A stretch of DNA of 50,369 nt, taken from Deltaproteobacteria bacterium (lineage in GTDB: Bacteria > Myxococcota > Myxococcia > SLRQ01). The translations under genes were made by a program, and so were the position numbers. The notes under the pieces were generated by a model, which was not told the origin of the DNA, searched no databases, and worked only from the letters and a program-made list of their open reading frames with translations. The stretch covers positions 1-50,369 of the forward strand of contig SLRQ01000100.1 in the NCBI GenBank assembly GCA_007130885.1, in the 5' to 3' direction. The first letter of the stretch is position 1. The number at the start of each line of letters is the position of its first letter. Shown in pieces: positions 18,249-26,954 of this stretch.

Positions 18249-18674
18249 TCACTTGCTTGTCTCCTCCATAAGAAGCGCCTTCACTCGAGCACGAATCTCA
18301 TCTCGGACTGCACGAAACTTGCCGGTGATCTCCTCCTCGGTTCCGGTAGCCTTTGCCGGATCGTCGATGGGCCAGTGGACACGTCTGGTTCCGGGCGACA
18401 AAACGGGACAGCTCTCGTCCGCGTGGCCGCAGACGGTGACTACGATATTCGCATCGGAGAGCATCTCGTCGGTCACTTGGGTAGACTCCTGATTCGAGAT
18501 GTCGACGCCGTCCTCGGCCATTGTGGCTATTGCACGGGGGTTTTTGCCGTGTGCCTCGAGTCCCGCCGAAGCGACTCTGACTCGGTGACCGCCGAGGTAG
18601 CGGGTGTACCCCTCCGCCATCTGCGATCGGCAGGAGTTTCCAGTGCAAAGATACAGAATGCTTGGCCTTGTCAT
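18249..18674 (-). CDS. arsC: arsenate reductase, LMW-PTP (thioredoxin-coupled) type
   Basis: It has the P-loop CTGNSCRSQMAEG at the N-terminus and downstream Cys residues (VTVCGHADESCP) typical of the Cys-X-Cys relay. It is 141 aa. Confidence 0.9.
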   Translation of the reverse strand: MTRPSILYLCTGNSCRSQMAEGYTRYLGGHRVRVASAGLEAHGKNPRAIATMAEDGVDISNQESTQVTDEMLSDANIVVTVCGHADESCPVLSPGTRRVHWPIDDPAKATGTEEEITGKFRAVRDEIRARVKALLMEETSK

Positions 18675-19024
18675 CTTTCGTCACATCTTCCCGGGGGCCT
18701 TGGGAGCATCGAGGCGAGCCGCCGCCGTGCCTCGATGATTTCCTCGGATTCCGCCTCGGCACGGCCTACGATCTCGAGCACCTCCAGAGCCCACTGGGGA
18801 AGATCGGGACTCATGCGGTAGTGAACCCACTGTCCTCTTCGCTGGTCCTCCACAATGCCGGATGCCCGAAGCTGCGCCAGGTGGCGTGATACGAGAGACT
18901 GTGGGGCATCCAGCGCCTCGACCAGTTCGCAAACGCAGAGCTCTCGCTCCGTGGAAAGAAGCAGCAGGCAAGATACCCGCGTTTGATCGGATAGAGCTTT
19001 GAAGAAGGATGCCGTCTTTCCCAT
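18671..19024 (-). CDS. arsR: ArsR/SmtB-family metalloregulator
   Basis: It has the ELCVCEL metal-binding motif within a winged HTH (ALSDQTRVSCLLLLSTERELCVCELVEAL...SRHLAQLRASGIV). Its stop overlaps the arsC start (ATGA). The ATG at 19024 was chosen; the ORF-track start at 19051 is also possible. Confidence 0.85.
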   Translation of the reverse strand: MGKTASFFKALSDQTRVSCLLLLSTERELCVCELVEALDAPQSLVSRHLAQLRASGIVEDQRRGQWVHYRMSPDLPQWALEVLEIVGRAEAESEEIIEARRRLASMLPRPPGRCDER

Positions 19025-19295
19025 ATGCGCAACTCCCGATATGCGTGGCAAGCTAGATGCGTCTTTCCACTATGTCAAGCGTCGCTGTCGCTGTCGCGGC
19101 ATGTCGCCCGGCTCGGCAGGTCGATGGCCAAATAGAAAAGTGGCTGCCTATAACACCGACTCGCCTGCCGTCTGCCCGAACTTTGCCCTCGCAAACCGTA
19201 GTGACTAACTAGTGGGAGCACGCGTGAGCGGTCGCGCGCCCCAGAGTGACGACGGAAGCACGACACGGCAAGCACGGGCGAGCGAAGGGAATCGG

Positions 19296-21122
19296 ATGAC
19301 AGCGACATCGATAGCGGACTACGCGTTGGTTTCGGACTGCCACACCTCTGCACTCGTGAGCCGTTACGGTTCCGTAGATTGGATGCCACTCTATCGCTTT
19401 GACGGCCCCTCATTGTTCACCCGCCTATTGGACAATGAAGGTGGACATTTCAGCTTGTGCCCGGAACGCAATAGCTCAGTGACCCGCACGTATTTGCCCG
19501 AGACCATGGTCCTCCGGTCCGAGTTTATGACGGAAGGAGGCGTCCTTTGCCTCGAAGATCTACTGGCGGTGGGCCCAAACGAGGACGAGCATGACCTCGG
19601 CGCTCATACGCCGCACGCGCTTTTGCGTAGAGCGAGATGCTTGTCGGGCAGCGTTGCCTTAAAGGTGGAGTTTCGCCCAAAGCCGGAGTACGGGCTCGTC
19701 ATCCCGCGCCTCGAGAACGCGCCCGGCGGTGTGCGTGGGACCGGGGGAGCGGTTCGTCTCTTTCTCTCAACTTCCCTGGCCCTCACCATGGGCTTGAAGG
19801 GGGGGCATGCTCTGGTGCGGCTGGATGCGGGGGACACGCTGAGATTCGCCCTCGAGGCTCGCTGCTCCTCGGATACGACGCCCCGGCACTGGCCGGAAGA
19901 CAAGTTCGACAGGTACTTCGAGGGCACTATAGATGCCTGGCGCCGCTGGTCCCGAAGGCACCAGCGCTATCAAGGCCCCTACAGCGAGATGGTGCATCAC
20001 AGCGGAAGGGTGCTGCAGGCTCTGACTTACTACCCCACCGGCGCGATAGTAGCGGCTCCCACGACATCACTTCCCGAGGACGTAGGCGGAACTCGGAACT
20101 GGGATTATCGGTTCACGTGGGTCCGGGACGCAAGCCTAACCCTCAACGCGCTTTGGGTCGCGGCGTGTCCGGATGAAGCCGAGAAGTTCTTTGATTATAT
20201 GGCTGGAACCGCGTTGTCGCAGATACAGGAAGGCCTCGACATGCAGATAGTGTTCGGCGTCGGCGGCGAACACGACCTCTTCGAGCGTGAGCTGCGGCAT
20301 CTATCGGGTTGGCGCGGGAGCAGCCCGGTTCGGGTTGGAAACGCGGCTTGGTCGCAGCGGCAGATTGACGTCTACGGCGAAGTCATGGACGCCGCCCATC
20401 AGCTACGCGACTACCTGGGTGACTCGAGCCCCACGACGCTCCGTTTTCTGGTAGAGGTTGCTGAAGCGGCGAGACGGAGATGGCAAGAGAAGGATCGCGG
20501 CATCTGGGAGGTCCGCGGAGGGGAGAAGCACTTTCTGCATTCGAAGCTCATGTGCTGGGTGGCCCTCGACCGGGCCGTCGCCCTTGCGGACCTTCTCCAT
20601 GCCGCCGAAAAGGTATCCGAATGGTACAAAGTTCGAGAGGAGATTCGATCGACCATCCTCACCCGAGGATGGAATTCAGGGCTGGGCGCCTTTACCCAGG
20701 CACTCGATGACAACGTGCTTGATGCCTCGACTCTGCTGCTTCCGATCATGGGTCTTCTCCCCGCGAACGACCCCCGGGCGCTCTCGACAATGGACGCGCT
20801 CGAGTACCGACTGTCGGATCGAAACGGTCTCCTCTACCGGTATACCGCCGACGACGGGCTCGAAGGGACCGAGGGAGCGTTCTTGCTCTGTTCATTCTGG
20901 CTCGCGCAGGCACGCGCGCTCGCCGGAGACACCAGGAAGGCGCGGGCCATCCTCGAGCGCTGCGTCAGCCATGCCAACGAAGTGGGCCTTCTCTCCGAGC
21001 AGGTCTCCTCGGATAGCGGGGAGATGGTAGGCAACTTTCCTCAAGCCTTCAGTCATATCGGCCTCGTCAACGCCGCTTGGACGATAGCAGTCGCCGAGGG
21101 CGCCGGAGAAGACGAGCCGTGA
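19296..21122 (+). CDS. glycoside hydrolase family 15 protein (glucoamylase/glucodextranase/trehalase-like)
   Basis: It has the GH15 signature GTRNWDYRFTWVRDASLTLNALW and the (alpha/alpha)6 catalytic-domain pattern (VDVYGEVMDA, GLLSEQV...). The start at 19296 (MTATSIADYALVSD) has RBS gaaggga; the ORF-track start at 19212 is also possible. Confidence 0.85.
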   Translation: MTATSIADYALVSDCHTSALVSRYGSVDWMPLYRFDGPSLFTRLLDNEGGHFSLCPERNSSVTRTYLPETMVLRSEFMTEGGVLCLEDLLAVGPNEDEHDLGAHTPHALLRRARCLSGSVALKVEFRPKPEYGLVIPRLENAPGGVRGTGGAVRLFLSTSLALTMGLKGGHALVRLDAGDTLRFALEARCSSDTTPRHWPEDKFDRYFEGTIDAWRRWSRRHQRYQGPYSEMVHHSGRVLQALTYYPTGAIVAAPTTSLPEDVGGTRNWDYRFTWVRDASLTLNALWVAACPDEAEKFFDYMAGTALSQIQEGLDMQIVFGVGGEHDLFERELRHLSGWRGSSPVRVGNAAWSQRQIDVYGEVMDAAHQLRDYLGDSSPTTLRFLVEVAEAARRRWQEKDRGIWEVRGGEKHFLHSKLMCWVALDRAVALADLLHAAEKVSEWYKVREEIRSTILTRGWNSGLGAFTQALDDNVLDASTLLLPIMGLLPANDPRALSTMDALEYRLSDRNGLLYRYTADDGLEGTEGAFLLCSFWLAQARALAGDTRKARAILERCVSHANEVGLLSEQVSSDSGEMVGNFPQAFSHIGLVNAAWTIAVAEGAGEDEP

Positions 21123-21135
21123 CGGGAGAGAGACC

Positions 21136-21615
21136 ATGTACCGCCGACGTTTGGGGATATATCTCAATGACCACCTTGCAGCGCTGTGCGGCGTTGAGTC
21201 GAGGGCGCGATACAGCGCCGAAGCGAACGACGACCCCGAACTAGTCGCTGCGCTCGAGAAGGTCGCCGGCGAAGCAGCCGACGATCGAGAAGCACTACTC
21301 GCAGTCATGAGAAGCCTCGGCGTTGGACGCTCGAGGTTCAAGGAGCTGTCGGTGCTCGTTCTCGAGAGAGCGGGTCGGCTCAAGCTGAACGGCAGGCTCG
21401 TTCGTTACTCCCCTCTTAGCAGAATAGAGGAGTTGGAGTTCCTGGCCGTCGGGACAGCCTTGACCGAGCGAGCATGGGAGGCGTTGGAGATACTGCGGGA
21501 GGAGTTGCCGCCGCTGGACGGGATGAACGTGTCGGCACGCAGGCTTCGCGCCAAGGCCTGCGAGGAGAACCTCCTTCGACTGCGAAGGCGGTTCGTGCGG
21601 ACGGCATTTCTATAG
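21136..21615 (+). CDS. hypothetical protein
   Basis: It lies 14 nt after the GH15 gene and has an RBS (gggagag). It is helical and Arg/Leu-rich with no recognisable motif. Confidence 0.45.
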   Translation: MYRRRLGIYLNDHLAALCGVESRARYSAEANDDPELVAALEKVAGEAADDREALLAVMRSLGVGRSRFKELSVLVLERAGRLKLNGRLVRYSPLSRIEELEFLAVGTALTERAWEALEILREELPPLDGMNVSARRLRAKACEENLLRLRRRFVRTAFL

Positions 21616-21741
21616 CGGTTGTCCCGAGCGAGCAAGCAATGTCACCAGCTTTGATTTGAGCCGCTTCTCCGGGTTGCGTATCTAGGTCGACTGAATACCG
21701 AGACTGCGTGCCGCCTCGGATTTTCGGTTCAGCAAACTCGG

Positions 21742-24700
21742 TCAGTCCTCGGCCACGCACTCATGGTCCTCGCAAACCATCTCGCCGCAGTGCTCATCCT
21801 CGACGCACTCCACGCAAAGACCCGATTGCTCATGGCAGTAAGCCAAGCCACTGTCGAAACAGTCCGCGTTCGAAAGGCACGCAGGCCAGCATAGGTCGTG
21901 CTCCGACATGTCGCCGAAGCCCTGACAAACATAGCCCTCGGCGGTTCGGCAGTCGTCCGCGTCATCGCAGGTCGCCACGCAGTAGGAGAGGCCTGATTCC
22001 GCGTCGACCATCAGACATTCGCTACCCAGCGGACAGGTCTGGGAGGTGCCCGCCGAGCAATCGATGACGCAGTACCCACCGAGCCAGTCCTCGAGACACT
22101 TTCCGTACTCGTATCCTCCGCAGTCCCACTGGCCCTCGCACGCGTCTCCCACGCTGCCTTCCCCCGCTGCTCCGCCGGCACAGACGCCTCCGCCCTGACC
22201 GTCGTCGACACAGATGTAACCATCTCGGACGCAATCCTCATGTGAGCCACACGATCGCATACAAAGGTTATCATGGGCCGGAGAACAGACGGCTTCTCTC
22301 CCGCAATCGGCGTCGGCGACGCAGGCGCGCGTGCAGTAACCGTCGAGCCACCCGAAGTCTTGCTGAGTGCCGCAGAAGCCAACACATTCGTCGTCTTCCT
22401 CGCAAGGCTCGCCATCCAGCGCCGTGAGATCAACACAAGCGTTGTGATCACACACCTTGTCGCCGCAATGGGCGTCGTCGGTGCACTCCACGCAAAGGCC
22501 CAAGTCGACGGCACAGTACGGCGATTGCTCGGACGGGCAATCCTCATTGGATTGGCAGGGCGGCACGCAGAGGCCAGCATCGCACACATACCCATCCTCC
22601 GTCCTGCAGTCAGCGCTTTCCTCACACGAAGCGATGCACTGGTATATGTCCAGCTCTCCGAGACGGTGGCACTCGCCGCCGTCGGGGCAGGGCTCGTCAG
22701 CCTCGGGATCGCAGTAGACCGAGCAGTAACCGAAGGGCCAATCGCCTTTTTGACAGAAGCCGTCCTCCCGTCCAGCGCAATCCCAGTAGTTCTCGCAGGC
22801 GGCCCCAAGCGCCCCATCACCGGTGGCTCCACTGACGCACACGTTTAGCCCCGTACCGTCATCGGCGCACACATAGCCTTCGGCCCTGCAATCAGAGTCG
22901 CTCTCGCATGAGATGAAGCAGTTGTCGTTGTAACCTTGCGAGCAGACGGCTCCCTCGCTGCAGTCCTCATCGCTGTGACACGACCGGCTGCAGTATCCAT
23001 CGCGCCAGCCCCGTTCGTCCTCGAATATGCAGTATCCGTCGCAGTCCACGTCGCTCGCGCAGGTTTCGCCATCATCGCCACCGGTTTCCACGCAAGTCCA
23101 ATTCACGCATTCAAGTGCCTCCCCGCAGTGATGCGACTCGGTGCACTCGACACAAAGACCCGACAGGACCTCACAGTGGGGCAGGTCCGCGAAGCAATCG
23201 TGCTGCGAGGCGCACGCGGGTCGGCAGAAGCCGACCTCGTTCAAAGGGTCGAGCGTTTGGCACACGTAACCCTCGTCGGAGCGGCAGTCGGCCTCGGACA
23301 CACAGGCGGCCACGCAATGCTCGAGGCCGTCGTCCAGGGGCAGACACTCACTACCGTCGGGGCAGTCCTGAGCGCCTCCCGCCGAGCAATCAATCATGCA
23401 GTAGCCGCCCGGCCAATGCGGAAAGCACAGGCCGTGCTCCTCGCCGCCGCACTCCCATTGCGCGGCGCAGGCATCCCCGGGTGCCCCGCCGCCGGTGGCG
23501 CCGCCGACACATACACGACGACCATGGCCGTCATCGGCGCAGACATAGCCCTCGGCCCTACAATCAGCCGAGGTCTCGCAAGCACGGAGGCAGTGGTCAT
23601 CGTAGCCCGGCGAGCATATGGCTCCGGGGCTACAGTCCCAATCGCTCAGACAAGCCCGCGTGCAGTGACCATCTCGCCACCCAATTGACTGCTCGGTCAA
23701 GCAGTAGCCGGCGCAATCCTCGTCCCACATGCATGCCGCTCCATCGGGGTTGCCCACCTCAACGCAGACATTGTCCCGACACGTGCCCTCGCAGTGCGCG
23801 TCCTCCAGACACTCGACACAGAGCCCGTCATCTTCCTTGCAATACGGCATATGCTCCGCGAAAGCACAGTCGTGGTCCGAACCGCATGCGGGCTTGCACA
23901 TGCCGATTGCTAGGTGGCCGCCCAGTGTCTCGCAAACATAAGACTCCTCGGCCCTGCAATCCTCTATGTCGCCGCAACCGGTGATACAGAAATGTCCAGA
24001 CCCGGGGGCCATACCCTCGACCGGCATACACTCGGCTCCATCAGGACACGACAGGCTGTCCTCCGGGTCGCATTCCAGTGAGCAAAAGCCTCCCGGCCAG
24101 TCATCGATACAGAGTCCCCGCTCTCTTCCCGCGCAGTCCCAGTTGCCCTGGCAGCCTTCTCCCACCGCTGCCTCACCCGCGGCTCCTCGCACACACCCCT
24201 GTCCGCCGAAGCCGTCATCGCCGCATACGTAGCCTGCCCGGCATTCCTGATCCGTCTCGCAGGAGACCAAGCAATGGCCGTCCGGTCCTCCAGCGCAAAA
24301 GGCCCCCACGCTGCACTCATCGTTCTCCTGGCATGGCCCCGTGCAGTAGCCGGCCTCCCATCCCATGTGCAGCGGAGCGGTCATGCAGATGCCGCCGGCA
24401 CAGTCGTCGCCGTCCACGCAGGGCTCGCCATCGGAGAAGCCCGCCTTCACACACTCGTTGTCCAGACAGAGATGCCGGTGCGGACACGTCCCGCATCTCT
24501 CCGACTTCCCGCAGCCTACGTCCACCGTTCCGCACTCCGCACCTACCTCAACGCAATCAAACGGGACGCACTCACAGAAGTTGTCAACGCATTCATGCTG
24601 GTACGGGCAATCGTCAAATTGGACCTCACCACCGCAGCCGTCGTCGACGGTGCCGCACTCCGCCTCGACGTCCTCGCTGCCGAGCGGCACGCAAACGCAA

Positions 24701-25293
24701 GTGTTCTCGATGCACTGATGTTGAGCCGGGCACGACTCGCACTCCGCCCGTCCTCCGCAGCCATCGGGGATCGTGCCACACTCGGCCTCGAGATCCTCAC
24801 ACCGCAGCGGCAGGCACTCACATACGTTATCGCGGCATTCGTGTCGGGAGGGACACTCATCACATTCGACCTCGTCCCCGCAGCCGTCATCGATCGTGCC
24901 GCACTGGGCCCCCACGTCGTCGCATCCGAGCGGCACGCATACACAAACGTTCTCGCGGCACTCGTGTTGAGCCGGACACTCCTCGCAAGTAGCGGTCCCG
25001 CCGCAGCCGTCGTCAATGATTCCGCACTCGGCCTCGACGTCAGCACACGTCAAGGGTGTGCACTCCTCGACGCAGAGCTTCCCGTCACAGACCTCTCCCT
25101 CCTGGCAAGGAGGACATGACACCGTCGCTCCGCAACCGTCGGGATGTGTGCCGCACTCCGCTCCTAGGCTCTCACACGTGGCGGGCTCACACACATCGGA
25201 CGGGCCCTCGTCACCACCGCACCGGGCGAAAGCTCCCAGCATCATGGCCGCGACCATCGCGGAACCCCAACGATTGACCTTCACCATATTCAT
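21742..25293 (-). CDS. large secreted cysteine-rich modular repeat protein (1183 aa)
   Basis: It has a signal/lipobox (AAMMLGAFARCGGDEG). It has ~8 tandem ~38-aa modules C.PLTC.D..AECG.IDDGCGG...C.ECP..H.C..N.C. Four ~190-aa super-repeats follow, each containing GWRDGYCTR.C..D.DC..GAVCS.GYDD.C...C..D.DCRAEGYVCADDG and CVEC.ED.HC motifs. It has more than 150 Cys. Confidence 0.85.
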   Translation of the reverse strand: MNMVKVNRWGSAMVAAMMLGAFARCGGDEGPSDVCEPATCESLGAECGTHPDGCGATVSCPPCQEGEVCDGKLCVEECTPLTCADVEAECGIIDDGCGGTATCEECPAQHECRENVCVCVPLGCDDVGAQCGTIDDGCGDEVECDECPSRHECRDNVCECLPLRCEDLEAECGTIPDGCGGRAECESCPAQHQCIENTCVCVPLGSEDVEAECGTVDDGCGGEVQFDDCPYQHECVDNFCECVPFDCVEVGAECGTVDVGCGKSERCGTCPHRHLCLDNECVKAGFSDGEPCVDGDDCAGGICMTAPLHMGWEAGYCTGPCQENDECSVGAFCAGGPDGHCLVSCETDQECRAGYVCGDDGFGGQGCVRGAAGEAAVGEGCQGNWDCAGRERGLCIDDWPGGFCSLECDPEDSLSCPDGAECMPVEGMAPGSGHFCITGCGDIEDCRAEESYVCETLGGHLAIGMCKPACGSDHDCAFAEHMPYCKEDDGLCVECLEDAHCEGTCRDNVCVEVGNPDGAACMWDEDCAGYCLTEQSIGWRDGHCTRACLSDWDCSPGAICSPGYDDHCLRACETSADCRAEGYVCADDGHGRRVCVGGATGGGAPGDACAAQWECGGEEHGLCFPHWPGGYCMIDCSAGGAQDCPDGSECLPLDDGLEHCVAACVSEADCRSDEGYVCQTLDPLNEVGFCRPACASQHDCFADLPHCEVLSGLCVECTESHHCGEALECVNWTCVETGGDDGETCASDVDCDGYCIFEDERGWRDGYCSRSCHSDEDCSEGAVCSQGYNDNCFISCESDSDCRAEGYVCADDGTGLNVCVSGATGDGALGAACENYWDCAGREDGFCQKGDWPFGYCSVYCDPEADEPCPDGGECHRLGELDIYQCIASCEESADCRTEDGYVCDAGLCVPPCQSNEDCPSEQSPYCAVDLGLCVECTDDAHCGDKVCDHNACVDLTALDGEPCEEDDECVGFCGTQQDFGWLDGYCTRACVADADCGREAVCSPAHDNLCMRSCGSHEDCVRDGYICVDDGQGGGVCAGGAAGEGSVGDACEGQWDCGGYEYGKCLEDWLGGYCVIDCSAGTSQTCPLGSECLMVDAESGLSYCVATCDDADDCRTAEGYVCQGFGDMSEHDLCWPACLSNADCFDSGLAYCHEQSGLCVECVEDEHCGEMVCEDHECVAED

Positions 25294-25471
25294 CTCCTCG
25301 AGGAAAGTGAGTCCTTACTCCTCGCGCTAGGGGCGCTGCTTGCCGGCGCGGTCTTTCATGAATCCCGGCCTGGCGACCCCCGGATCGGCTAGCCCGCGTG
25401 CGTCACCGCTCCCGAGCGAAAACGTAGTAGTCCAAGTCATCATTTTTGCGGCTGGCCCCAAAGCAGACATT

Positions 25472-26950
25472 TCATCGACGAACCTCGAATGAGACCCTGC
25501 GGTTGATGGCGCGGCCGAACTCGGTGGCCGGCGCCGCCGGCTGGTCGATCCCTTCCGCCCTGACGTCCAGGCGCTCACGCTCCACGCCTGCCTCAATCAA
25601 CGCCTCCAGGACGACATGGGCCCGCTCGAGGCTCAGCTCGCGGTTGAAGTCGGCGGAGCCGCGGTCGTCCGCATGCCCCACGACAGTCGCGCTCACACCC
25701 GAGTCCAGTAGAAGAACGGCCGCCCGCCGGATATCGCGCGCAGCCTCGGCATCCAAGGTCGCATCGCCCGTCCCGAAATGTATCGCCTTTCGCCGCAGCA
25801 TCTCCTCCGCGAACGATGAGCTTTCCAGCGAGCCTTGACGTCGTTCTTCCTCGAGGCGCTCTCGCCTGGCTCGCTCCTCCTCCAGGCGCTCGCGGTTCGC
25901 GGCCAGCTCGGCGGCGGCCTCTCGCAGCGAGCCCTCCAAGGCGGCACGCTCCGCGCGCTCCTCCGCGCGAGTGATCGCCTTTTCCTGCTCGATCATCAGA
26001 AGACAGATTGACGGCTCCATCGTGTCTGGCGCGAATCGGGAGCCCATGCCGATACTCACGAGCCCCCGAACCAAAGGCGTGGGCCCATTGGAGACGGGCG
26101 CTAAGCCGGCTCCGGCCTGGATATGGAGATCGCCCAGGTGGTATCGAGCACCCGCGAGGATCTCCAGTGAGGCACCCCGCCCAGCCGCGGAACCGGTCAA
26201 GCCGGCTACCGAGTGCCGATAGACGGCGTCCGCCATCCAGCGGACGCCCAAGGCGTGGTAGCCGCCGCCCACGCCGACGTGCAGGGTGTCGCCGAGGAGC
26301 TGGTCTCCTATGACCAGCGACCTACCGGTGTCGTACCCGAGTGTCCCGGCGACATCCCATCGCTCCTCCGTGAGGCCCACGGTAGTGGACACCTGGGCCC
26401 TGGCCCTATCCTCGCTGATGCCGCTGTGCTCTTCTCCGGTCGGAGCGAGCACGCCGGCCTGAAGAACCCAACCGACGGGCTCCTGTCCGGCTCCGTCCAT
26501 TAGTAACACTCGCGCACCCAACCGGAGGTCACCCAGCGCGGCGGAGCCGACCGAGCGTCGCGGGAGGTCCGTCCGTTCCACTCCGCCTTGGTACAAGAGT
26601 AGGGGCAGACCGGCGAGAATCTCGAGACGTCGCGTGGGGGACAGCGCGCCTTGAAGGAGCATTCCGCTCCTCGAGGATATCCAATCCACGTTCTCGTTCA
26701 CGCCGTCTCCGCGAACGTCGCCGGTGGCGACCTCGGCGCGGACGACCCGATGCTCGTATCCGAGCAGCGCGGAGAACTCCCAAGACCCGGGTTCCATGAG
26801 CCGCGAGGTGGGCAGCAAAAGCGTGCTACGCGAAGACGGCGCGGCAAGCCTCATGGTGAAAGCGTCAACGCTCTCCGCCGCGGCGGGAAAGGAGACGGCA
26901 ATCATCGAGGACGCCAGGAGGAGCGACGAGATGATACGTGAACGCTTCAT
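25472..26950 (-). CDS. OmpA-family outer-membrane protein: N-terminal beta-barrel-like domain, coiled-coil linker and C-terminal OmpA peptidoglycan-binding domain
   Basis: It has a signal peptide (MKRSRIISSLLLASSMIAVSFPAAA). It has a Glu/Arg coiled-coil (LEEERARRERLEEERRQ). The C-terminal OmpA_C motif is TVVGHADDRGSADFNRELSLERAHVV...NRRVSF. It is the last gene of the operon, 4 nt after the upstream gene's stop. The start could be 26983. Confidence 0.85.
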   Translation of the reverse strand: MKRSRIISSLLLASSMIAVSFPAAAESVDAFTMRLAAPSSRSTLLLPTSRLMEPGSWEFSALLGYEHRVVRAEVATGDVRGDGVNENVDWISSRSGMLLQGALSPTRRLEILAGLPLLLYQGGVERTDLPRRSVGSAALGDLRLGARVLLMDGAGQEPVGWVLQAGVLAPTGEEHSGISEDRARAQVSTTVGLTEERWDVAGTLGYDTGRSLVIGDQLLGDTLHVGVGGGYHALGVRWMADAVYRHSVAGLTGSAAGRGASLEILAGARYHLGDLHIQAGAGLAPVSNGPTPLVRGLVSIGMGSRFAPDTMEPSICLLMIEQEKAITRAEERAERAALEGSLREAAAELAANRERLEEERARRERLEEERRQGSLESSSFAEEMLRRKAIHFGTGDATLDAEAARDIRRAAVLLLDSGVSATVVGHADDRGSADFNRELSLERAHVVLEALIEAGVERERLDVRAEGIDQPAAPATEFGRAINRRVSFEVRR

Positions 26951-26954
26951 TGGG

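Noticed and set aside
17979-18821. 280-aa plus-strand ORF spanning the ferritin fragment and all of arsC antisense
   Set aside because: Only its first ~55 codons look protein-like (ferritin motif). The remainder is antisense to a well-supported arsC (CTGNSCRS P-loop) and to the start of arsR. It is a GC-rich antisense shadow ORF.
22011-25119. Multiple long ORFs (22011-22832 -, 22273-22848 +, 22936-23688 +, 23115-23984 +, 24078-24992 +, 24274-25119 +) inside the Cys-rich repeat gene
   Set aside because: They are overlapping or antisense frames of 21742-25293. Only that frame yields the regular Cys spacing and a signal peptide.
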